A stretch of 35,560 nt of DNA from Candidatus Parcubacteria bacterium (GCA_023142215.1 JAGLJW010000013.1:1-35560); one strand, 5' to 3'; numbered from the stretch's first letter, positions 23,638 through 32,560 are shown. Notes: generated by a model not told the origin, from the sequence alone. A program made the numbers and translations.

Positions 23638-23991
23638 ATGAATAATAAAACAAGTATTAAAACAACAAGAAGAGATAGAAGGCGAGGTAAAATTCGATCT
23701 AAAATTTCTGGTACAAGTATACGACCAAGACTTAGTGTTTTTCGTTCAAATGCAGGAATGTTTATTCAATTAATTGATGACGCAAAAGGAACAACTATTA
23801 TTGGTGTTAATATGAAGGAAATAAAAAAAGGAACTAAGATGGAAAAAGCATTTGAAATGGGAAAAGTTATTGCTAAAAAAGCATTAAAACAAAAGATTGA
23901 ATCAGTTGTTTTTGATAGAGGTGGATATAATTATCATGGTAGAGTTAAAGCAGTAGCCGATGGAGCCAGAGAGGCAGGACTCAAATTTTAA
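23638..23991 (+). CDS. rplR: 50S ribosomal protein uL18
   Basis: [24 protein letters not shown]..., [19 protein letters not shown]. Confidence 0.93.
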   Translation: MNNKTSIKTTRRDRRRGKIRSKISGTSIRPRLSVFRSNAGMFIQLIDDAKGTTIIGVNMKEIKKGTKMEKAFEMGKVIAKKALKQKIESVVFDRGGYNYHGRVKAVADGAREAGLKF

Positions 23992-24010
23992 AGATTTAAG
24001 AATATTATAT

Positions 24011-24718
24011 ATGTCTGAAGAAAAAAAATCACAAAGTACTCCAGCTAAAACAGGTGGTGTAAATAATAAAACAGTTAAACCAATTGCAAAAAAGGTTGAC
24101 AATAAGGTTGGGAATGCTACAGCTAAGAGTGTTTATGGTGCAAAGAGAAGTGCAGGAAAGAAAAAACCATTTAAAAGAAAAAGAGAAAAACGAGATGATT
24201 TTGAACAAAAAATTGTTGATTTAGCACGTGTTACTCGTGTAATGGGTGGTGGTAAAAGAATGAGATTTAGAGCCTGTGTTGCCGTTGGTGATAAAAAAGG
24301 GAAAGTTGGAATTGGACTTGCAAAATCAATTGATGTTACAACAGCAATTAATAAAGCTGCAACTAATGCTAGAAAAGCGATTATTGATGTCGCTACTGTA
24401 AACGATACAATTCCGCATGAAGTATTTTTAAAATTAGGAGCTGCAAAAATATTATTAAAACCAGCTAAAAAAGGTAAAGGTGTAATTGCTGGTGGAGTTG
24501 CTCGTACTGTTTTAGAATTAGCTGGAATAAAAAATGTTACAAGTAAAATTTTAGGAACAAATAATAAAGTGAATATTGTTAAATCAGTTCTAATGGCTTT
24601 AGAAAGTATGAAGAAAGTGCCTAAAACACCAAAGACGGAAATTAAAGAAGAAGTTAAAACAGAAAAGAATACAAAAAATAAGGAAGTTGAAAAAACAACT
24701 AAAAAAGAAAATAAATAA
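24011..24718 (+). CDS. rpsE: 30S ribosomal protein uS5 with Lys-rich N- and C-terminal extensions
   Basis: The core is VDLARVTRVMGGGKRMRFRACVAVGDKKGKVGIGLAKS. The ATG at 24011 is preferred because the listed 23960 overlaps rplR. Confidence 0.92.
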   Translation: MSEEKKSQSTPAKTGGVNNKTVKPIAKKVDNKVGNATAKSVYGAKRSAGKKKPFKRKREKRDDFEQKIVDLARVTRVMGGGKRMRFRACVAVGDKKGKVGIGLAKSIDVTTAINKAATNARKAIIDVATVNDTIPHEVFLKLGAAKILLKPAKKGKGVIAGGVARTVLELAGIKNVTSKILGTNNKVNIVKSVLMALESMKKVPKTPKTEIKEEVKTEKNTKNKEVEKTTKKENK

Positions 24719-24764
24719 TTATTTCTAATAAGCTAATAAGCCACAAGCTAAAAAGCTAAATACA

Positions 24765-25202
24765 ATGTCATTATCATTAAATACAATTAAACCAGCAGAA
24801 GGTAGTACTAAAAATAGAAAAAGAATTGGGAGAGGTAATGCTTCTGGAACAGGTACTTATGCAGGAAAAGGTCAAAAAGGTCAAAAATGTAGAAGTGGTG
24901 TAAGTAATCTAAAAAGACTTGGTATGAAACAAGTATTGCTTAGAACTCCTAAACATAGAGGTTTTAAATCTTTTCATCCTAAAAATCAAGTAGTAAGTTT
25001 TGAATCGTTAAATGAGGTTTATAAAGACAAAGAGGAAGTAAATCCAGAAACTTTATTTGAAAAAAAAGTAGTCAGTACTTTAAAGGCGCCTGTTAAGATT
25101 TTAGATAACGGTGATTTAAAAGTTAAGGATTTAAAATTTAAAAATATTAAAGCCAGTAAGTCTGCTTTTGAAAAAATTAAGAAAGCAGGAGGAAAGTTTT
25201 AA
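24765..25202 (+). CDS. rplO: 50S ribosomal protein uL15
   Basis: [41 protein letters not shown]. It directly follows rpsE, with no rpmD between them. Confidence 0.92.
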   Translation: MSLSLNTIKPAEGSTKNRKRIGRGNASGTGTYAGKGQKGQKCRSGVSNLKRLGMKQVLLRTPKHRGFKSFHPKNQVVSFESLNEVYKDKEEVNPETLFEKKVVSTLKAPVKILDNGDLKVKDLKFKNIKASKSAFEKIKKAGGKF

Positions 25203-25220
25203 TTAATACTCAACAATCAA

Positions 25221-26501
25221 ATGGTTTTTGATAAAATATTTCAAATTTGGAGAGTTAGAGAATTGCGAAATAGCATTTTGTTTGTTTTGGCAATGCTTGT
25301 TGTTTTTAGATTTGCGGCTAATATTCCAATTCCTGGTGTAAATAGAGAAGCTTTGGCTAATTTTTTTAGCAATTATCAAGTTTTTGAGGTAATGAGCATG
25401 TTTTCTGGTGGTGGAATGGAAAGGTTTTCTATTGTGATGATGGGTATTGCTCCGTATATTACAGCTTCAATTATTTTTCAACTTCTTGGTATGATTGTAC
25501 CAAAATTAGAAGAAATGCAAAAAGAAGAATCAGGAAGACAGAAAATTACAATGTGGACTCGTTGGTTAACAGTTCCATTGGCTGGTATGCAAGCTTTTGG
25601 TATGATTACTTTATTACGAAATTCATCATCCCAAATTCTTGGTGATATATCATTCTTGACTATGATAAGTATGATTATCGTTATCACAGCTGGAACAGTG
25701 TTTTTAATGTGGATTGGAGAACTTATTACGGAAAAGAAAATTGGAAATGGTATTTCTCTTTTGATTTTTGCTGGAATTGTTTCTGGATTACCACAAATGT
25801 TGCAAAATGCAAAGGCTCAATATTTGCCAGGTGATTTTATGATTTATGTTATATTTGCAGTCTTAGCAGTATTAACTGTTATTGGTGTTGTATATTTAAC
25901 TGAAGGTCAAAGAAATATTCCAGTACAATATGCTAAACAAATGAGAGGAAATCAGTCATATGGGGGAAGCACATCTCATTTGCCGCTTAGGGTAAATATG
26001 GCTGGAGTTATTCCAATTATTTTTGCAATATCAGTTGTAATTTTTCCTTCAATGGTTGCTCAGTTTTTTGTCGGCGCTAAAACCGCTTGGATAGCTAATT
26101 TTGCTACTTGGACGATTGACATATTTCAAAACCAATTAATTTATGGGCTTATATATTTTGTATTAGTGTTTGCGTTTACATTTTTCTATACAGAAGTAGT
26201 TTTTCATCCAAATCAAATTGCTGAAAATTTACAGAAACAAGGAGGTTTTATTCCTGGAATTAGACCAGGAAAACCAACCAGCGAATATTTATCACGCATT
26301 GCATATCGTATATTATTTGTAGGAGCATTATCGCTTAGTTGTATTGCAGTATTACCACTTGTGCTTAAAGCGTTTTATCCTCAAAATCAAGCCATAGCGC
26401 TTGGTGGAACTAGTTTATTGATTGTTGTAGCAGTGGTTATTGAAATGGTAAAACAAATTGAATCACAGTTGAGTATGAGAGAATATGATAATGTAGATTA
26501 A
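25221..26501 (+). CDS. secY: Preprotein translocase subunit SecY
   Basis: 426 aa with 10 hydrophobic segments. Motifs include LGIAPYITASIIFQLL-like (MGIAPYITASIIFQLLG) and GGFIPGIRPGKPT. Confidence 0.95.
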   Translation: MVFDKIFQIWRVRELRNSILFVLAMLVVFRFAANIPIPGVNREALANFFSNYQVFEVMSMFSGGGMERFSIVMMGIAPYITASIIFQLLGMIVPKLEEMQKEESGRQKITMWTRWLTVPLAGMQAFGMITLLRNSSSQILGDISFLTMISMIIVITAGTVFLMWIGELITEKKIGNGISLLIFAGIVSGLPQMLQNAKAQYLPGDFMIYVIFAVLAVLTVIGVVYLTEGQRNIPVQYAKQMRGNQSYGGSTSHLPLRVNMAGVIPIIFAISVVIFPSMVAQFFVGAKTAWIANFATWTIDIFQNQLIYGLIYFVLVFAFTFFYTEVVFHPNQIAENLQKQGGFIPGIRPGKPTSEYLSRIAYRILFVGALSLSCIAVLPLVLKAFYPQNQAIALGGTSLLIVVAVVIEMVKQIESQLSMREYDNVD

Positions 26502-26531
26502 GTATAATTTTTAAAAAAATATATTTTAAAT

Positions 26532-26564
26532 AAAAAAAATTCGTTAGAAATAACGAATTTTTTA
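26532..26564. terminator. Bidirectional intrinsic terminator between secY and pth
   Basis: An A-run, then AATTCGTTA (26538-26546), loop GAAA, TAACGAATT (26551-26559), then a T-run. The symmetric flanks would serve both convergent genes. Confidence 0.7.
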
Positions 26565-26584
26565 TTATTTAAATCTTATCTTTT

Positions 26585-27139
26585 TTACATATTCAAAATA
26601 ATTTCATTTAAAATTTCATCAATTTCATCCATTTCTTCATTGGAAAATCTCATTAATACAAACTTTTCTGCTGGGATTTTTTCTTTTAATTCATTTTTAA
26701 TTCCGATACGAATTCTTTTAAATTTTTTAGTTTTTAAATGATTAATAATTGATTGTACACCGTTATGTCCACCACTTCTGGAATCAATTGAAGTTTTTAT
26801 TTTTCCTTGATTAATATCCAAATCATCATGAATTACTGTTAAAATATTTGATAAATCACAGTTTTTTATTTTTATAAAACCTAGTTTTTTTGGTAAAATT
26901 TTAAAATAACTCATTACTGCTTCAACTGCTTGACCCGAATTATTCATAAATGTCATTGGTTTAATAAGAATAGTGCCATCTGTTTTTATAATTTCAGCAT
27001 TGATTTTTTTGTCAAAATTAAATCGGAGATTTAATTTATTAGCTATTTTATCCAAAGCTAAAAATCCAACATTATGTCTAGTTTTTTTATATTTATCGCC
27101 TGGATTACCGAGACCGATGATGATTTTTTTGTATTTCAT
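26585..27139 (-). CDS. pth: Peptidyl-tRNA hydrolase
   Basis: IIIGLGNPGDKYKKTRHNVGF..., GGHNGVQSI. The ATG at 27139 is preferred over the listed TTG at 27160. Confidence 0.9.
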   Translation of the reverse strand: MKYKKIIIGLGNPGDKYKKTRHNVGFLALDKIANKLNLRFNFDKKINAEIIKTDGTILIKPMTFMNNSGQAVEAVMSYFKILPKKLGFIKIKNCDLSNILTVIHDDLDINQGKIKTSIDSRSGGHNGVQSIINHLKTKKFKRIRIGIKNELKEKIPAEKFVLMRFSNEEMDEIDEILNEIILNM

Positions 27140-27211
27140 AAGTGTGTGTAGAATTTTCAATTTTCAAATAATTTTTAATGATGTAGCTATTTACTGATTA
27201 TAAAAAATCAT

Positions 27212-27297
27212 TGTCATTCTGAGCTTGTCGAAGAATCTCGTTGTTGATGTTGTCCTGCGTAATTATCGGGATTCTTCGACTATCGCTCAGGATGACA
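27212..27297. repeat. Long hairpin element, TGTCA-terminated family, copy B
   Basis: TGTCATTCTGAGC...TCGAAGAATCTCG (27212-27240) pairs with CGGGATTCTTCGA...GCTCAGGATGACA (27267-27297). That makes two 13-bp helices separated by a small internal loop, and both non-Watson-Crick positions are U-G on the plus strand. Confidence 0.8.
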
Positions 27298-27323
27298 TTT
27301 AAGATTAGTGAGGAGAATTACTA

Positions 27324-28859
27324 TTATTTATTTTTTCTATTTTTCATTTTTTCCTTATTTTTTTCTAATACATCCCACGAATCTTCTTCGCTCATCCCGT
27401 GGATTTTTTTATTTTTTGTAACGCTTACTGAAACAGGAGTTCCGAAGAAATCAAATTCTTTTCGTAATTTATTTTGAATAAATCTAACATAAGAGTCGGA
27501 AAGAGAATCTTTAGAGCCGATACGAATTTGAAAAGCTGGGGGGTTGGTTCTTGTCTGTTTTAATTCATAAATATATGGATATTTTGTTCCGCCTGCTTTT
27601 GTTGGTTTGTGTTGTTTGATTAATTTTTTTAAAAATCTAGTTAAATAATTTTGATTAATTTTCGTTTTTCGTTTTTCGTCAATTTTCAAAATAATATCAA
27701 ATATTTTTTTTACTTTTTCGCCTGTAAGAGCTGAAACAAATTGAATAGGTGCCCAAGTTGCGAAAGGTAAATGACCATAAATTTCTTGTTTAGCTGATTT
27801 AGTATCATGATCTTCTATTAAATCCCATTTATTGCCAACAATAATTAAACCAATATTCCTAGTAATAATTTCTTCAACGATTTTAGAATCTTGATGAGTA
27901 AGTCCATCTTCAACATCTAAAATTAATAAAGCAATGTCAGCTTTATTCAAAATTTTAAGAGTTCTATCAATACTATGACTTGCAAGAGTATTTTTAGTCT
28001 TAGATTTTTTTGTATTTTTTTGTCCTTGTTTGCTAATTCCAGCAGTGTCAATTAAATTTATTTCTTTATCTTTGTAGCTAATCTTAGTATCATTCGGCTC
28101 ACGAGTTGTATGAGCAATTGGACTAACAATAATTTTTTCTTCACCAAGAATTGAATTAACCAAACTTGATTTTCCAACATTCGGCTTACCAACAATACAA
28201 ACATTTATCATGTTAGATTCTTGATTTAGAATCTCTTCTTCTTTGTTATGTGTTATGTGTTGTGTGTTATGTGTCGCGTGTTGTGTGTTATGTGTTTTAA
28301 GCTTTTTTACAATTAAATCCAACAAATCACCAGTTCCTGATCCAGTAGAAGCTGAAATTAAATACGGTTTACCAAGCCCCAGTTTATTAAATGCACTAGC
28401 TTCGTTTCTAAGATTGAAATTATCAGTTTTATTAGCAACGAGTAAAGTTTTATCTTTTAATTCATTTCTTTTTTGAATTTCTTTAGCAATATTTTGGTCT
28501 TGTGGTAAAATTCCGTCATGTGAATTAACTAAGTATAATATTAAATCTGCTTGCTCTAAATAATTTTCAGCGAGTTGTTGAACTTTTGTATCTAAATCGG
28601 CGAGTGAATTAATTTGTTTAATTTTTTTCTTTTTATTTTTGAATAAATTACTGATTTCAATAATTCCGCCAGTGTCAATAATTTCAAATTGACATCTATT
28701 CCATTCAACTGTGCCAGTATTAACATCGCGAGTAGTTCCATGAATATCACTAACCAAGGCAGAATGTTTTTCTGTTAAAGTGTTAAAGAGAGTAGATTTT
28801 CCGACATTGGTACGACCGAAAAGGACTACTTTTGGTAAATTGTTTGTTTGTTCTTTCAT
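27324..28859 (-). CDS. der: Ribosome-associated GTPase Der (EngA) with repeat-encoded linker insert
   Basis: Two G domains (GRTNVGKST...DTGG...NKTD and GKPNVGKSS...DTAG...NKWD) plus a KH-like C-terminus. The linker reads KTHNTQHATHNTQHITHNKEEE. Confidence 0.92.
   Translation of the reverse strand: MKEQTNNLPKVVLFGRTNVGKSTLFNTLTEKHSALVSDIHGTTRDVNTGTVEWNRCQFEIIDTGGIIEISNLFKNKKKKIKQINSLADLDTKVQQLAENYLEQADLILYLVNSHDGILPQDQNIAKEIQKRNELKDKTLLVANKTDNFNLRNEASAFNKLGLGKPYLISASTGSGTGDLLDLIVKKLKTHNTQHATHNTQHITHNKEEEILNQESNMINVCIVGKPNVGKSSLVNSILGEEKIIVSPIAHTTREPNDTKISYKDKEINLIDTAGISKQGQKNTKKSKTKNTLASHSIDRTLKILNKADIALLILDVEDGLTHQDSKIVEEIITRNIGLIIVGNKWDLIEDHDTKSAKQEIYGHLPFATWAPIQFVSALTGEKVKKIFDIILKIDEKRKTKINQNYLTRFLKKLIKQHKPTKAGGTKYPYIYELKQTRTNPPAFQIRIGSKDSLSDSYVRFIQNKLRKEFDFFGTPVSVSVTKNKKIHGMSEEDSWDVLEKNKEKMKNRKNK
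28245..28293 (-). repeat. Seven heptanucleotide units (ACATAAC family) in frame inside der
   Basis: The plus-strand units are GTTATGT x4, GTTGTGT x2 and GTCGCGT x1. The 20-mer AACACATAACACATAACAAA is identical between 17953-17972 (plus) and 28242-28261 (minus). Confidence 0.85.
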
Positions 28860-28904
28860 GGTGTTTAATTATTACATTCTTAAATCTTAAACCTAATTTT
28901 AAAT

Positions 28905-30401
28905 CTAATCTAAAATATTCTCAACCCCACTTTTACTTTTGTCAGCATCTCGTCCTAATACTAAAATGAAATCAGGTTGAATTGATTTTGATTCTTTTGA
29001 TATTTTTTTACTTATATCATCTTTTAACCAATCAGGCAAGGAGAAAGAAATATTGGCATTTGTTTTATTTTTAAGAACTGTCAAAGATTCTATTTTTTCT
29101 CCGTAAGTTAAATCATAAATTACAGATTTTTGAAAATTTTGTTTACTTGAATTTCCAATTCTTAATACTATAAAACCATATTTTTCTATGTCTAATGATA
29201 CTTGTGAAGCAAGACCATTAATCCAAGTTCCATTATAAATTTCTACAGTAGTTTCTTCTTTTATAACCTTTATTTTTTTTTCTTTTGGTGCATCAGTAAA
29301 AATATTATTTACCATATATCTTATTTCTTCAAAGTCACCACTTTTTGGAGTAAGTACATAAGCACCTATTTCATTACGTTTTGCAATTAGTAAACCATTA
29401 GGACTATCATCTAAAACTTTACTACTAATATTTTCTTTTTTAATATTTTTGGCAATATTCCAAAGTTTAAACATTTCCCAAATTTTTAAATTAGTACTAA
29501 CATGTTCGTTTAATTCGTGAATAATACCTGTTATTGCTTTTGGATTTAAAAATGTTTTTGAAGAAAGAGCTTTTTCTTTAACAGCTGAAATTACTAATTG
29601 TTGTCTTCTGCTTCTTGCAAAATCTGATCCTTCAATTCCAGTTCCATGTCTAGAACGAGCATATTTTAGAGCCAAAGTACCATCCATTTCAGTCAAGCCT
29701 TTTTTAATATAAAGATGCTCAAAACGTGATTTATAATCTTCAGCTTCTTCGCGTCCCATGATTGGATAACTGTAGTCATTTAAAATATTTTCAACGTTTA
29801 TTTCAATACCGCCAAGTTTATCAACAATATCAATAAAGCCTTGAAAGTCTATTCTGAAATAATAATCTATTGGAGTTCCTAAAATATCACTAATTGCTTG
29901 TGATGTAGCTAAACCGCCACTTCCTTTTTCATCCATTTCGGCATAGGCATTGACAGCATTGATTTTTTGTGTTTCCATGTTTTCAATCGGAACAGACATA
30001 TCACGAGGAAATGAAATCAAAGAGACTTTTTCAGTAGATGGCTCAATGCTTGCAAGCATAATTGTGTCAGTTAAATTTCCGCCTTCATGTGTTTTTCCGC
30101 CCATTCCGAGAAGTAAAATGTTAATTCTGTTATTTTTTTCACCTTTAAGTTTTCTGTCAGCACTTTCAGCTAACTGACTAATTTGTCTAATAATAGGCAA
30201 ATTTTTAAACCAAGAAACTGTTCCATGTTGAGAATCACTAACTATAATTTGAGACGAAAAAATAGCCACTCCTGTTATGAAGAATATGGCAATATATATT
30301 GTAATTTTAGTTATTTTTTTAAATTTATTTGATTTTTTTTCTTTTGATTCATTGCAACTTTTGTTGAGTTCTGAATCATTTATGTGTTTTTTTTCTTGCA
30401 T
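28905..30401 (-). CDS. LytR-CpsA-Psr (LCP) family cell-envelope phosphotransferase with C-terminal LytR_C-like domain
   Basis: N-terminal TM helix, then INILLLGMGG...NLTDTIMLASI...ISFPRDM...KINAVNAY...IDYYFRIDFQGFIDIVDKLGGIEINV, and RSRHGTG...DFARSRRQQ. Confidence 0.85.
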   Translation of the reverse strand: MQEKKHINDSELNKSCNESKEKKSNKFKKITKITIYIAIFFITGVAIFSSQIIVSDSQHGTVSWFKNLPIIRQISQLAESADRKLKGEKNNRINILLLGMGGKTHEGGNLTDTIMLASIEPSTEKVSLISFPRDMSVPIENMETQKINAVNAYAEMDEKGSGGLATSQAISDILGTPIDYYFRIDFQGFIDIVDKLGGIEINVENILNDYSYPIMGREEAEDYKSRFEHLYIKKGLTEMDGTLALKYARSRHGTGIEGSDFARSRRQQLVISAVKEKALSSKTFLNPKAITGIIHELNEHVSTNLKIWEMFKLWNIAKNIKKENISSKVLDDSPNGLLIAKRNEIGAYVLTPKSGDFEEIRYMVNNIFTDAPKEKKIKVIKEETTVEIYNGTWINGLASQVSLDIEKYGFIVLRIGNSSKQNFQKSVIYDLTYGEKIESLTVLKNKTNANISFSLPDWLKDDISKKISKESKSIQPDFILVLGRDADKSKSGVENILD

Positions 30402-30459
30402 GATATTATTATAATGAATTGATATAAAAAATACAAGTACTTGATTTATTTTGTAATTA

Positions 30460-30492
30460 ATGTTATATTCAATTAGTAATTAAATATAACAT
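30460..30492. promoter_or_regulatory. 10-bp inverted repeat in the divergent LCP/lepB promoter region
   Basis: ATGTTATATT (30460-30469) and AATATAACAT (30483-30492) with a 13-nt gap. AT-rich, so significance is limited. Confidence 0.25.
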
Positions 30493-30509
30493 ATTATTCT
30501 TTGAAATAC

Positions 30510-31070
30510 ATGAAGAAGTTTTTAATTTTTGTTTTAGAATTAGTAAAGATTGTAGTAATATCACTTGTAATTATTATACCAGTTAGATATTTTTTAATTC
30601 AACCATTTTATGTTAAAGGTGCTTCAATGGAACCTAATTTTTTTGATCATGAATATTTGATTATTAATGAAATTTCTTATAGATTTAACGAGAAAGAAAG
30701 AGGTGATATTGTAGTTTTCAGGTATCCAAGAAATCCACAAGAATATTTTATTAAAAGATTGATTGCTTTGCCTGGTGAAGAAATTAAAATTGATGATGGT
30801 AAGGTGATTATCTATAATAAAGAAAATCCAGATGGATTTATATTGGAAGAAAGTTATTTAGGTGAAGGAATAATTACAAATGCTGTTAATAATGATAGAG
30901 TTAAAATTGATGAAGATGAAATTTTTGTTTTAGGAGATAATAGACTTCATAGCAAAGATTCCAGAGTTTTCGGACCGGTAAATAAAAGTTTTGTTATAGG
31001 GAAAGTAATGTTAAGAGGATGGCCGTTTAATCGTGCAAAATTTTTTGAAACACCAGAATACTCATATTGA
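30510..31070 (+). CDS. lepB: Signal peptidase I
   Basis: GASMEPNF (Ser box), KRLIALPGE (Lys box), GDNRLHSKDSR. The ATG at 30510 is preferred over the listed TTG at 30501. The stop codon is TGA. Confidence 0.9.
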   Translation: MKKFLIFVLELVKIVVISLVIIIPVRYFLIQPFYVKGASMEPNFFDHEYLIINEISYRFNEKERGDIVVFRYPRNPQEYFIKRLIALPGEEIKIDDGKVIIYNKENPDGFILEESYLGEGIITNAVNNDRVKIDEDEIFVLGDNRLHSKDSRVFGPVNKSFVIGKVMLRGWPFNRAKFFETPEYSY

Positions 31071-31122
31071 TAATTTAGATTTAAGAATAAAGATTTAAGA
31101 ATAAAGAATAAAATAAAAATAT

Positions 31123-32484
31123 ATGCCTAGACCGATGAAGGGGAAAGAAGATAACGTAATTATAAAAGTAAATAAAAAATATGCTCGTCTTAGAGGGATG
31201 AAAGATGTTTTATTTGATGAATATAAGTATTGGGATTTGGTAGAAAAGAAAATTACCAACTTAGCTAATGTCTATGGTTATAAAACAATTGAAACACCAG
31301 TACTTGAAAAATTGGCATTATACAAAAAAGCGACCGGTGAAGATACTGATATTGTTTCTAAAGAGATGTATACATTTTTAGACAAGAGTGGAGATAAGAT
31401 TGCTCTTAGACCAGAAGCAACTCCTAGTTTAGTAAGAGCCTATATTGATCATGGAATGTTTACTTTGCCTCAACCTGTTAAAATGTTTTGGATGGGACAA
31501 ATATTTAGACACGAAAAACCACAAGCTGGAAGATTAAGACAACACACTCAAGTTAATTTAGATATTTTTGGTGAAGAAAATCCATTTGCTGATATCCAAC
31601 TAATTTTGATTGCTTATAATTTTTTTAAAGAATTACAAATTAATGTTCAAGTTCAGATAAATAGTATTGGCTGTTCTGAATGCAGACAAAATTATATTAA
31701 AGATTTGGTTGAATTCTACAAAGAAAGAGGTAAACGTTCTAAACTTTGTGGTGATTGCAAAAAACGTTTTGTAAAAAATCCATTAAGACTTCTTGATTGT
31801 AAGGAGGAAGATTGTATTGAGGTGCGAGACGGAGCACCACAGATTGTTGATTTTTTATGTGATGGCTGTAGAGATCATTTAATTAAAGTTTTAGAATATT
31901 TAGATGAATTAGAAATTCCATATAATTTAAATCCATCTATGGTTCGTGGTTTAGATTACTACAACAGAACAGTGTTTGAATTTGTACCAGTAGAAGATGA
32001 GGCTGAAGAAAATGAAGATAATAAAAAGAAAATAATTTCTTTTGGAGGAGGCGGTCGTTACGATGGACTTGTTGAGCATATGGGAGGTCGTCCAACTTTT
32101 GCTTGTGGATTTGGAATTGGAGTTGAAAGAGTGGTAGCTAAAATAAAAGAAATGAATATTCCATTAAAAGAAGATAAAAGTAGTTTTGTTTTTTTAGCAC
32201 AACTTGGTGATCAAGCCAGAAGAGAAGCTTTCATTCTTTTTGAAGACTTAAGAAGATCGGGGTATGATATAAGACAGGCATTAACTAAAGATAGTCTAAA
32301 AGCACAATTAGAAGAAGCAAATAGAATAGGAGTAAGATATACTTTAATTCTAGGGCAAAAGGAAATAATTGATGGAACTATTATTATTAGAGATATGGAA
32401 TCAGGAAATCAAGAAGTGGTTGATATTAAGAAAGTTCAACAGGAATTGAGTAAAAGACTTGATGATGGTGAGAAGAAAGAGTAA
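31123..32484 (+). CDS. hisS: Histidine-tRNA ligase
   Basis: RLRGMKDVL, LRPEATPSLVRAY, FRHEKPQAGRLRQHTQ, GGGGRYDGL, plus the anticodon-binding C-terminus. Confidence 0.92.
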   Translation: MPRPMKGKEDNVIIKVNKKYARLRGMKDVLFDEYKYWDLVEKKITNLANVYGYKTIETPVLEKLALYKKATGEDTDIVSKEMYTFLDKSGDKIALRPEATPSLVRAYIDHGMFTLPQPVKMFWMGQIFRHEKPQAGRLRQHTQVNLDIFGEENPFADIQLILIAYNFFKELQINVQVQINSIGCSECRQNYIKDLVEFYKERGKRSKLCGDCKKRFVKNPLRLLDCKEEDCIEVRDGAPQIVDFLCDGCRDHLIKVLEYLDELEIPYNLNPSMVRGLDYYNRTVFEFVPVEDEAEENEDNKKKIISFGGGGRYDGLVEHMGGRPTFACGFGIGVERVVAKIKEMNIPLKEDKSSFVFLAQLGDQARREAFILFEDLRRSGYDIRQALTKDSLKAQLEEANRIGVRYTLILGQKEIIDGTIIIRDMESGNQEVVDIKKVQQELSKRLDDGEKKE

Positions 32485-32511
32485 GATGTTATTGGTAACA
32501 ATAAAGATTTA

Positions 32512-32560
32512 AGATTTAAGAATAAATTAAAAATTATTTAATAATAATATTCTTAAATCT
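32512..32560 (+). other. Hairpin formed by inverted AGATTTAAGAAT words downstream of hisS
   Basis: AGATTTAAGAAT (32512-32523) and ATTCTTAAATCT (32549-32560) form a perfect 12-bp stem with a 25-nt loop. Only a weak T-run follows. Confidence 0.6.

Noticed and set aside
28245-28293. der heptamer array as a phase-variation (contingency) switch
   Set aside because: der is normally essential and the array is interrupted by variant units, so programmed on/off switching seems unlikely. It is kept only as a repeat-domestication observation.
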